Shown piece after piece: positions 43,924 to 53,269 of a DNA stretch of 64,000 nucleotides. A model generated the notes under the pieces. That model was not told the DNA's origin. It saw only the letters and a list, made by a program, of their open reading frames with translations, and did not search any database. Positions within the stretch are counted from its first letter, which is position 1. Every line of letters begins with the position of its first letter. The position numbers were made by a program, and so were the translations under genes. The stretch is taken from assembly GCA_034434155.1 (NCBI GenBank), contig DAOUAC010000033.1, forward strand, positions 15,217-79,216. The letters are read 5' to 3'. The stretch comes from Anaerolineaceae bacterium (GTDB taxonomy: Bacteria > Chloroflexota > Anaerolineae > Anaerolineales > Anaerolineaceae).

Positions 43924-43953
43924 ATTATAACATTAATGATTTTAAGGCGTCAA
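43924..43953 (-). promoter_or_regulatory. Promoter of the atp F0 cluster (extended -10)
   Basis: Minus strand reads TTGACG, 18-nt spacer ending TGt, TATAAT, then 7 nt (cccaacg), then the ATG at 43916. Confidence 0.5.
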
Positions 43954-44088
43954 CTCGTGTACAAGCAGTCAAGCAATCCGCGCATTTCTTTGGGGTGGGC
44001 CAAGATTGAATTGGGAGCATGCCGTTTTTCCCTAAAACCATGCTATACTTTTGCTGCGACATCTGAACCGGATCACCCTTAAAGAGCC

Positions 44089-44697
44089 ATGCGAGAAGTG
44101 ACATTTCCTTGCCCAAGCTGTGAAAAAGAACTCCGCTTGCCAGAAAGCGAACGATTCACCCGCTGTCCGGCCTGCCAGACGCCCCTAAATGTACCCGCTC
44201 AGCTTGCTTACCTGCGCGGGCTAGAAGCTTTTGAAGAGGGTCAAGAAGTCATGGGCTTGGGGAACCATCCCATCCGCCGGCCCAATCCAGACAGCCCCCA
44301 AGACCGCCAGGCCATGGTCCTGTTCCGCGAGGCCTACTCCTCACTGCAAGTGGCCTTTGAAGGCGAGCTGTATGAAGATCAACGCCAGCTAGGTATTGAG
44401 ATGATGGCGAGCATGGCGCAAGAGTTTGCGCGGCGGTGGATGGTTTCTGACTTTGAAGGCAAATATTGGAGCACAGCGATGGCGGAACTCACCTCACAGC
44501 GGGAATATGATGCCATCCAGGTCAAACGGCAGAGCGCCGGAAGCCGGGCCAGCCTGCTACAGCGTTGGTACTGGCGAGTCCGGCAGAACCAGCTCCGCAG
44601 CGTATTAAAGGAACTGAACCGGAAGCTCACCCTCCTCGAACAACAAATTGACTTTGTAGACCTGCCTAAAGCCAGAAATCGAAATTGGAAGCCCTAA
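44089..44697 (+). CDS. Hypothetical protein with N-terminal zinc ribbon
   Basis: CPSC...17 aa...CPAC followed by a helical domain. Confidence 0.55.
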   Translation: MREVTFPCPSCEKELRLPESERFTRCPACQTPLNVPAQLAYLRGLEAFEEGQEVMGLGNHPIRRPNPDSPQDRQAMVLFREAYSSLQVAFEGELYEDQRQLGIEMMASMAQEFARRWMVSDFEGKYWSTAMAELTSQREYDAIQVKRQSAGSRASLLQRWYWRVRQNQLRSVLKELNRKLTLLEQQIDFVDLPKARNRNWKP

Positions 44698-44752
44698 AGG
44701 TTGTCGTGGATATAAGCGCAAAAAGCACGTCCCCATTCACGACAAACACCCT

Positions 44753-45142
44753 CTAGATGATGATCTGCACCAGAATCGAGGTCAGCACAATCCCAATCTC
44801 AATGCCGGCCACCGTTAGAATACGCCTCATCAGCAGCCCCCTGGCCCGCCCCTTGCGAAAATAGTAATCTATGGTCACAATCGCGGCCACAACCAGGCAG
44901 GCCAGGATAAAAATGGCGGCATAATCCATCGTGGACACGGCATAAGTCGTATCCAGGTCGGGGCCGGTTCCGCCGCGCTTACGAAAGGCTTCGAGACTGG
45001 TGACCCGATACCAGACCAGGACGTCTAACAGAGCCTCGCGAATATACAGAGCATCAAGGATAGCGCCTGCCGAAGCCGCCAGCCACGCCAACCACTGGCC
45101 TACAGAGACCAGCCAGCCAGCGCGCGATTCTCTTAACGTCAT
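44753..45142 (-). CDS. Small multi-pass membrane protein, unknown function
   Basis: ATG 45142 with AGGAG 5 nt upstream, and this RBS overlaps the oppF-like stop. 3-4 predicted TM helices. Confidence 0.5.
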   Translation of the reverse strand: MTLRESRAGWLVSVGQWLAWLAASAGAILDALYIREALLDVLVWYRVTSLEAFRKRGGTGPDLDTTYAVSTMDYAAIFILACLVVAAIVTIDYYFRKGRARGLLMRRILTVAGIEIGIVLTSILVQIII

Positions 45143-45150
45143 GGCATCTC

Positions 45151-46193
<1,043 letters not shown>

Positions 46194-46197
<4 letters not shown>

Positions 46198-47252
46198 TCT
46201 TCCACCTCATCTGAATATAAGAAACATCGCACGGTATGGCCCTCTGCCACCCGGGTGATCGCCGGAACATGGACATCGCATTTTCCCGGCATATACGCGG
46301 CACAGCGCGGATGGAAGGGGCAGCCGCGAATATTGGCATATGGATCAGGCACAATTCCTTTAATAGGCTGTAAGCGGGTATGTACCCCGCTGCCGGCATG
46401 TGGAATGGAATTGAGCAGCGCCTGGGTATAGGGGTGCTTGGGAGTATAGAAGATAGGTTTAACCTCAGCCTGCTCGACCACCCGTCCCAGGTACATCACT
46501 GCTACATAGTCGCACATCTGCGCCACAACGCCCAGGTTATGAGTGATGAATACAATCGTCATGCCAAGCTCAGCTTGCAGATCACGCATCAGGTCCAAAA
46601 TTTGGGCCTCAGTCGTCACATCCAACGCAGTGGTTGGCTCATCGGCAAACAACAGCGATGGGTTGCACGAAAGTCCCATGGCGATCATGGCGCGCTGGCG
46701 CATCCCCCCGCTGAGTTCGTGCGGGTAGCGTTTAAAGATCGCCCTGGGATTTGCCATGCCTACCTGATCGAGAATGTTGATGGTGCGCTTCTCGGCCTCG
46801 CCCTGATCCACTTTCTGGTGCAAGACAATGGCTTCGCTGATCTGCTCGCCGATGGTATAGGAGGGATTGAGTGAAGTCATCGGTTCCTGAAAGATCATTG
46901 CCAGTTCGGCCCCACGAATCTGGCGAATCTCGCTCCCCATGGGGTCCAGGCTGGTCAGGTCAATCTCCTCAACCACCTTACCAGAAGCACCGCCCCGTTT
47001 GCGGCTGTAGAGAAGAATCTCTCCTTTAACGATCTTGCCGGGGCGCTGGACCAGGCGCATGCAGGAGAGGGCCGTAACACTCTTGCCGCAGCCGCTTTCA
47101 CCAACCACGCCCATCACCTTGCGGGCGGGGATGTCAAAACTCACCCCATTGAGGGCCTTGGCTACGCCGATATCCGTGTAAAAGTAAGTGTGCAAATCTT
47201 TAATGCGCAGAATGATATCGCCTGCGCCATTTGTCCCCATTGGGTTGCTCAT
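46194..47252 (-). CDS. Opp/Dpp-type ABC transporter ATP-binding protein (D-like)
   Basis: Walker A GESGCGKS, signature LSGGMRQR, Walker [13 protein letters not shown]-terminal GCPFHPRC. 4-nt overlap with the next gene. Confidence 0.93.
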
Positions 47253-47410
47253 GTCTCTTCCTCGCCTCCAAGAATTGTCTCATTCGTAAACCGGGCGTGG
47301 CTCCACCAACCCTAAAATCAACATCATTATATAAAAAAACGATCACCCACCTCGTCCCAACGGTAGTAGTACGCCAGTCTGGCTCAAGCGATTCCCAGTT
47401 CATCGCAGTA

Positions 47411-47455
47411 GGGTTTGTGCTGTGCCTGCCCCAACAGGGAACACAGCACAAACCC
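47411..47455 (-). terminator. Strong hairpin between GH172 paralog A and the ABC ATPase genes
   Basis: 14-bp stem gggtttgtgctgtg/cacagcacaaaccc. Confidence 0.55.
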
Positions 47456-47471
47456 CATTCAACCGTTAAAG

Positions 47472-48572
47472 CTAGATTACCTCTAAAGCATCGCGGTCAC
47501 CCAGGGGAGGAAAGGGTGCGTGCGGTTCGCTTTGATACCAGTAAGCCACCGAAGCGATATCATCTTGCAGCGGCAAGTAGCGGCCTTCACTGCGCCAGCC
47601 GATCGCCTGCATCGTCACCCGCAGGTCCGAATTGAAGCGGATGGGGTCCTGGATATGGAAGCGGTACAGCCCGTGGCGATTGCCGGGCCTGCCGTCTACA
47701 CCGCCATAGGGATAGCCCAAGTACGGGGCGCTAAAGTTAGCGCCAAAGCCCCAGGCTCCGCCAAAATAATCTTCCGTCCCGGTCCCGCAGATGGTGGGAA
47801 ACTGGCTGTCACCATCAATAAAGACCTTGAATTCGCCTTCACCCCACCAGCCAGTAGAGTTCTGCTGCCAGGCCATGTACGTCCCAACGTAGTGGCCTTT
47901 GCCCTTCACGCCATCCAGGATGGTGTAATCTTGTTTGTAAGCCAGCGGATTGGTGCGGCGGAACTGCGCATGGAAGTAAGCATCCTCCGCGTCAATCTCG
48001 GTTTCAGCGAAATTGATCGCGTAGAAGAAGCCCGGGACCTCATCAGGTGAGCGGTTTTCGATGGTGATACGGGCGTGCTTGCGGAAAGGCATAGGGAAAT
48101 AGCAGTTAAAGCCTCCCGTGGGGTTTACGTTAATGGGCAAGGCCAGGATAGGGGTCGGGACCTTCCAGCCGTTGCAGAAGAAGTCACCCAGGGGCGATTC
48201 GACGCTTGGCTCGCTTTCACCATCCCAATACATGCGCAGGATCAGATCACGCCAGCGTTTGGAATCTACCGTGTACCACATATGCTGGATAATCCCTGGG
48301 CCATCTACGTCCATCAGGGTAGTGACCGATTGTTTAGGCAGTGTGATACAGGGGCGCACCTTCCAGGTCTGGCCCAGGTCGCGCGCGCAGGGGTTTGGGC
48401 CATCCCACTTCTGCCCAATCTTCGCAACTTCAGGTTGGGGAGTGTCGGTCAGGTCGGCCATGCCGCCTTTACCTTTTTCACCGTAAACATTTTCCGCCGT
48501 GATTGAGCGCGTCACAGCATTAGAGAGCTTCATGATATTGCCGAGGTTCATGTAAGCACCATTGAAAGACAT
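47472..48572 (-). CDS. DUF2961 / glycoside hydrolase family 172 protein (paralog A)
   Basis: Motifs AYFHAQFRR, WWGEGEFKVFIDGD, CGTGTEDYFGGAWGF, LYRFH. No signal peptide. ATG 48572 is preceded by AAGGAGAAGG. Confidence 0.85.
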   Translation of the reverse strand: MSFNGAYMNLGNIMKLSNAVTRSITAENVYGEKGKGGMADLTDTPQPEVAKIGQKWDGPNPCARDLGQTWKVRPCITLPKQSVTTLMDVDGPGIIQHMWYTVDSKRWRDLILRMYWDGESEPSVESPLGDFFCNGWKVPTPILALPINVNPTGGFNCYFPMPFRKHARITIENRSPDEVPGFFYAINFAETEIDAEDAYFHAQFRRTNPLAYKQDYTILDGVKGKGHYVGTYMAWQQNSTGWWGEGEFKVFIDGDSQFPTICGTGTEDYFGGAWGFGANFSAPYLGYPYGGVDGRPGNRHGLYRFHIQDPIRFNSDLRVTMQAIGWRSEGRYLPLQDDIASVAYWYQSEPHAPFPPLGDRDALEVI

Positions 48573-48597
48573 CGTTCCTTCTCCTTTTTGATCCGTT

Positions 48598-49701
48598 TTA
48601 GCGATCCCAGCGTTCATCCATCGCCGGGAGTGGTGGGAATGGTTGGTGAGGCTCTAGCTGATACCAGTAGGCTACCGAAGCAATGTCATCGGTCAGGGGC
48701 TGGTAACGATGGTTCGGCCACCAGCCCAGCGCCTGCACCGTCACTTTGATATCTTTTTGAAACCCAATGCTGTCTAACAGATGCCAGCGGTACAGGCTGA
48801 ATTTTCGGGGGCTTTGCGGGTCTTTGTTATACGCCAGCGGCAGGCCCAGGAACGGGGAATTAAACTCCTGCTCAACCTGTTCCTTTTTGGGGTCCTTATA
48901 GAAACACCAGGCCCCGCCGAAATAATCTTCTGTGCCGTTATCGGAGAGAGTTGGAAATTCACCGTCGCCATCGAGGTAGAATTTGACTTCGCCCTCGCCC
49001 CACCAGCCGCGCGAGAAGGCCGTCCAGGCCAGGTACGTGCCGACATACACGCCGCGCCCCACCACGCCATCCAGGATCACGTGTTCAGGGTAACTGCGGC
49101 TGGTCAGACTGCGGCGCCATTGGGCATGGAAGTATGCGGCGTCTTCGGGAATTTCTTGTAGTTTATACAATACTCGGTACGCGACGATATTGGCATCGCG
49201 CGGCCCCTGGTTTTCGAGAGTGATGCGCGCGTGCTTGCGAAAAGGCATAGACCAGTACGAAGCACAGCCGCGGTGAGGTCCTACATGGACGGGCAGTGAT
49301 ACCACTGTGTGGGGCGCGGCATCATGGCCCATGGCGAAGAAATCGCCCATCGGAACTTCAACAGAAGGGGTGTCTTCCCCATCCCAATAGAAACGCAGGA
49401 TCAGAGCGCGAAATTCAGGCAAATCACTGGTGATCCAGAACTCGTTAATGCACCCAGGCCCGGTAATGTCAGCTAAGGTGACGGTTTCCCCGGCGGCCAC
49501 ACGGATGAATGGACGAACCTTCCAGCCGCGTCCCAGGTCCAGCGCCGCCCCAGAATGAGGCAGGTCGGGATGGTTCGGGTCGGGGTCCCAACGGCAGGCC
49601 GCGCCTTTTTCGCCAGTGGGGTTTTCGGCATTAATTTGCCGGGTAACGGCCCCATGCTGCAGCGGCAGTGAGCCAAGCAGATTGTGAAAGAGTGGGTTCA
49701 T
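48598..49701 (-). CDS. DUF2961 / glycoside hydrolase family 172 protein (paralog B)
   Basis: Motifs AYFHAQWRR, WWGEGEVKFYLDGD, NGTEDYFGGAW, LYRWH. No signal peptide. Confidence 0.85.
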   Translation of the reverse strand: MNPLFHNLLGSLPLQHGAVTRQINAENPTGEKGAACRWDPDPNHPDLPHSGAALDLGRGWKVRPFIRVAAGETVTLADITGPGCINEFWITSDLPEFRALILRFYWDGEDTPSVEVPMGDFFAMGHDAAPHTVVSLPVHVGPHRGCASYWSMPFRKHARITLENQGPRDANIVAYRVLYKLQEIPEDAAYFHAQWRRSLTSRSYPEHVILDGVVGRGVYVGTYLAWTAFSRGWWGEGEVKFYLDGDGEFPTLSDNGTEDYFGGAWCFYKDPKKEQVEQEFNSPFLGLPLAYNKDPQSPRKFSLYRWHLLDSIGFQKDIKVTVQALGWWPNHRYQPLTDDIASVAYWYQLEPHQPFPPLPAMDERWDR

Positions 49702-49780
49702 GGCAGAGATAAGTCCTTTATCGCATCAGCAGATCAGGCCCAAGATACCCCGTGATCTGCTCTAACGGCGGGTATCCTTC

Positions 49781-49794
49781 TGAATACGTTTACA
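49781..49794. promoter_or_regulatory. LacI-type operator, distal site of unit A
   Basis: TGAATACGTTTACA: 14-bp palindrome-like site centred on CG. Confidence 0.6.
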
Positions 49795-50009
49795 ACGTCT
49801 GACGGGGGTTGAAACGCATTCTCTAAGCGGGTTGCAACTTGCCAAAGCGGCAACTACCCGCAGGGAGCGCCACTTTGGCGCTCTGAATATTTATTTAGAA
49901 AGGACCCAGGCGCACAAAAATTGGAAATACTGTTTACAGCTTAAACGACCCGGTCAAAAGACACTAACGGCGAAACAGGCTTTCTATGTTGTAGATTCCA
50001 GAAAATAAT

Positions 50010-50023
50010 TGTAAACGTTTTCA
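50010..50023. promoter_or_regulatory. LacI-type operator, proximal site of unit A
   Basis: TGTAAACGTTTTCA, 14 nt downstream of the -10 box of promoter A. Confidence 0.65.
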
Positions 50024-50037
50024 AATGCGCCAAAACC

Positions 50038-50066
50038 ATTATAGTAATAATACCTACCCTTGTCAA
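50038..50066 (-). promoter_or_regulatory. Consensus sigma-70 promoter A (drives GH172 B-A)
   Basis: Minus strand reads TTGACA (50066-50061), 17 nt, TATAAT (50043-50038). Confidence 0.7.
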
Positions 50067-50370
50067 TAGAACTGGCATTGGCAACCCAAGATCGCAGAGT
50101 GAACTCGGTGTAACGCATTTCAAAACAGAGTGGGATGTACCAGAATTATTTGCTGTTTTTTTTAGGGTCGAATGGGGTACATCTTTCCAAAATACCTCTT
50201 TTTCCTTTGCAAGTGGGGCAAAAACCCTCAAAAATTAGTGAGGTTAGTTGCCCTCCTAAGATCGCCATTTGCCCTCTTAATCTTTCAATCCATGCTATAC
50301 TCTTATATTGACACCTCAAAATCGTTTTCTCAATTGTGCGCGGGCTGTACATTTTTCTTAGGAGTATTCC

Positions 50371-50859
50371 GTGAACGAAGGAACGCAACCCAAACCGGTT
50401 TATACCGGAATGAAACAACATAATGATCGCGCCGGTTTCGTTTTGTGGCTGCCGAGCGACTGGCACGAGTTTAAACTCAAAGACAAGCGCAAGGGCGTAT
50501 TGTTTTCTCCCTATGCCGATGATTTCAACACCGGCATTTTGGTAGAAAAAAATAAGCTCAGGGTGCGCGTGAAGCCAGGCGACCTGCCTTACCTGCGCGA
50601 AGCCTTTATGGCTGGCATCAAAGCACTCGATGGCGTTGAAATCGAGCCGGGTTCAGAATCTGAGTTCATCAGCCAGGGACTAAGCTTCTTTGAGGTGCGC
50701 TTTTCCTTCCTGGAAGGCGAAATCCGCCGCAAGCGCTGGGTCAGAAACATTTACTGGGGCAGAAACAACTATATCCTGATCGCTCAGGGGCGGACCCCCG
50801 AAGACTTTGATTACTGGCTGCCGATGTTCTTTAACATCATGCTGACGGCCTACGTATAG
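50371..50859 (+). CDS. Hypothetical cytoplasmic protein (possibly PsbP/DUF1795-like fold)
   Basis: GTG start preceded by taggag. GFVLWLPSDWHEF resembles PsbP/DcrB-like beta-sandwich starts. Followed by its own terminator. Confidence 0.55.
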   Translation: MNEGTQPKPVYTGMKQHNDRAGFVLWLPSDWHEFKLKDKRKGVLFSPYADDFNTGILVEKNKLRVRVKPGDLPYLREAFMAGIKALDGVEIEPGSESEFISQGLSFFEVRFSFLEGEIRRKRWVRNIYWGRNNYILIAQGRTPEDFDYWLPMFFNIMLTAYV

Positions 50860-50880
50860 ATTATTTGAATGAAATAAACC

Positions 50881-50924
50881 GTGTTTCCGCTTCGATGCTG
50901 TCAGTATCATCGAAGCGGAAACAC
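50881..50924. terminator. Bidirectional terminator between the orphan gene and the permease operon
   Basis: 17-bp perfect stem gtgtttccgcttcgatg/catcgaagcggaaacac, with a T-run after it on the plus strand. Confidence 0.75.
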
Positions 50925-50939
50925 AGCTTTTTAATCAAA

Positions 50940-52112
50940 CTAAATGGAATAGGGGTCCATGGCATCGCGGATGCCATCGCCCAGGAAGCTGAAGAACAGC
51001 ACGGCGATGATGACGGCCACGCCGGGGAGCATCAGCCAGGGATGTTGGAGAATAACAGTGACCTGCTGAGCATCGCGCATCAACGCCCCCCAACTGACCA
51101 TTGGTGGAACAATCCCCAACCCCAAAAAGCTTAGGGCCGTCTCGCCCAGGATCATGCCAGGAATGCTGAGGGCCGCAGTGACGATGATATGGCTGGCAGC
51201 GTTGGGCAGCATGTGAATGAAGATCACCTCTCGGTCGTCAGCCCCACAGGCCAGAGCCGCCTGGACGAAGTCCGCGCTGCGGTAGGCCATCACCTTGGCG
51301 CGCAGTTGGCGGGCCAAGCCGGTCCAACCAATCAGCGACAGCACCACGGTGATGAGGAAATAGCGATGTAAAGGGGTAAAGCTGGAGGAAATGGGCGGCA
51401 GGGCCGCGGCCAGGGCCGCCCACAGCGGAACTGTAGGAAAAGACATAAGCACTTCGATGATCCGCTGCATGACATCGTCAATCAGCCCCATGTAATAGCC
51501 CGACACCGTCCCCATGATGGAGCCAAACAGGATGCTGAGAGCCACGCCTAACAGGCCGATGGTCATCGAAATCTGCCCGCCCACCAACAGCCGGGCAAAC
51601 ATGTCGCGCCCGACCTTATCCGCTCCAATCAGGTAGATGCGGTGGGGCTTGTCCACTCCGAACAGATGGATGTCTGTCTTGATAAAGCCAAACAGCGTGT
51701 AAGGATCCCCCTTGGCAAAGAAGCGGATAGGGACCAGTTTACTGCGATCCAGCACCATCTCAAACTTGAGAGTCTCTTTGTTCAGCTTGGTAGTCATGGG
51801 GATGAGATAGGGCTGCAAGCTGAAACGCCCGTTCTTATCCAGGAAGGTAATATGGCTGGGACCCCCATACGAGTAGTTGTCGTCGTTGGTCATATATTCG
51901 TTGGGCGCCAGGAACGGCCCCAGAAAAACCAGGATATACATCACAATCAGGCCGATCAGCCCCGTCATCGCCAGCTTGTTGCGCGCAAAGCGCAGGCGCA
52001 TGAGCTGCCACTGCGACATCTGCCCTACCGGGCTGGCGGCTTCCTCAACCATCAATTGGGCCTGGGGAAGGGGTGTAACTGCTTTTTCCATGGCGGTTCC
52101 TCTCCGGCTCAC
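50940..52112 (-). CDS. Opp/Dpp-type ABC transporter permease (C-like)
   Basis: N-terminal extension plus 6 TM core. GTGA overlap with the upstream permease stop. Confidence 0.92.
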   Translation of the reverse strand: MSRRGTAMEKAVTPLPQAQLMVEEAASPVGQMSQWQLMRLRFARNKLAMTGLIGLIVMYILVFLGPFLAPNEYMTNDDNYSYGGPSHITFLDKNGRFSLQPYLIPMTTKLNKETLKFEMVLDRSKLVPIRFFAKGDPYTLFGFIKTDIHLFGVDKPHRIYLIGADKVGRDMFARLLVGGQISMTIGLLGVALSILFGSIMGTVSGYYMGLIDDVMQRIIEVLMSFPTVPLWAALAAALPPISSSFTPLHRYFLITVVLSLIGWTGLARQLRAKVMAYRSADFVQAALACGADDREVIFIHMLPNAASHIIVTAALSIPGMILGETALSFLGLGIVPPMVSWGALMRDAQQVTVILQHPWLMLPGVAVIIAVLFFSFLGDGIRDAMDPYSI

Positions 52113-53092
52113 TCGTAGCGGATGCGTGGGTCAACCCAGGCCAACAGCATATCCGCGCCCAGGTTGCCGATCAACAGCAGGATCGACAGGAACATCAGGA
52201 ACGTGCCAGCCAGGTACATGTCTTGCCGCAGCAGAGCATTGAAGTACAACGGCCCCGTTGTCGGCAGGTTCAGCACAATCGCCACAATCGTCTCCCCGGA
52301 GATGATCCCCGGCAGGCTGCCCCCCAACACCATAATCAGCGGATGGATGGCGTTGCGCACCGCGTGCTTCCACGTCACCACGCTCTCTTTCAGTCCCTTG
52401 GCACGTGCCGTCTGCACGTACTGCATGTTCAGCACATCCAGCAGATTGGCGCGCATGACCCGGCTCAACCAAGCCGTCCCGCTGGCCCCAATCACCACCA
52501 TCGGGATCCACAGGTGCTTGAGCAGATCCACGAACTTGGCAAAACTGAAGGGGGCGTTCTCAAATTCGCGTGAGTACAGCCCGCCTACTTCAATACCCAG
52601 CACCTGCTGGGCAAACATCATCAACAAAAGCGCCAGCATGAAGTTGGGTACTGCCAGACCCACGAACTGTAATACTGTGATAATGTAGTCTGGCGCGGTA
52701 TAGCGGTGCGTGGCTGAGTACACCCCCACCAGGATCGCCACCACCCAACTGAACACCAGTGTCAGCAACGAGATGATCACGGTGAACCCCAACCGCGCTC
52801 CGATCAACTGTGAGACCGGCAGGTTGTAGCTGAAGGCCTCGCCAAAGTCGCCGCGCACAAAGCCTGAGATCCACTTCCAGAAGCGCACGTAGGCCGGTTG
52901 ATCCAGCCCGTACCGCCGGTAGAGCGCCTTCACCTGTTCCATACTCATCGTGCCGCCCTGGCGCTGCAAACGCTGGATTTCGGTCTCCACGTAAGATCCG
53001 GGTGGCAGTTCGATGATGATGTATCCCAGCACCGTCACAATTGCCAGGGTCACCAGCATGTAGCCAAGACGGCGGAAGAAGTAATTGAGCAT
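52109..53092 (-). CDS. Opp/Dpp-type ABC transporter permease (B-like)
   Basis: MLNYFFRRLGYMLVTL is the canonical DppB/OppB start. ATG 53092 has AGGAG 6 nt upstream; the track start 53113 is TTG. Confidence 0.92.
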   Translation of the reverse strand: MLNYFFRRLGYMLVTLAIVTVLGYIIIELPPGSYVETEIQRLQRQGGTMSMEQVKALYRRYGLDQPAYVRFWKWISGFVRGDFGEAFSYNLPVSQLIGARLGFTVIISLLTLVFSWVVAILVGVYSATHRYTAPDYIITVLQFVGLAVPNFMLALLLMMFAQQVLGIEVGGLYSREFENAPFSFAKFVDLLKHLWIPMVVIGASGTAWLSRVMRANLLDVLNMQYVQTARAKGLKESVVTWKHAVRNAIHPLIMVLGGSLPGIISGETIVAIVLNLPTTGPLYFNALLRQDMYLAGTFLMFLSILLLIGNLGADMLLAWVDPRIRYE

Positions 53093-53194
53093 ACTACTCT
53101 CCTGATAGGGCAAATCTTATAAACGCAGGGAGAAATGCCCCTACAATCCCCACAAGTTTGCCACACTCATGACACACGCAATTTTTAAGAACAT

Positions 53195-53230
53195 GGGGAG
53201 GAGGAACCGCAGGGACTCTTCCCCCTCCCC
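53195..53230 (-). other. Intercistronic hairpin after the binding-protein gene
   Basis: ggggaggaggaa...ttccccctcccc: about 12-bp stem with one mismatch, in the 177-nt SBP-permease spacer. Confidence 0.45.
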
Positions 53231-53269
53231 AACCTATACTATTATAGTACAGCCGCTAGAACTGACGGT

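Noticed and set aside
43925-44116. 63-aa minus-strand ORF upstream of the atp cluster.
   Set aside because: It overlaps the predicted atp promoter and the start of the convergent-frame zinc-ribbon gene. It has no RBS and no membrane-protein character.
49941-50466. Small ORFs (96, 106, 83 aa) in the AT-rich stretch; considered as a possible IS/MITE remnant.
   Set aside because: No terminal inverted repeats, target duplications or transposase-like motifs were seen. The region contains promoter A, its operator and the leader of the orphan gene.
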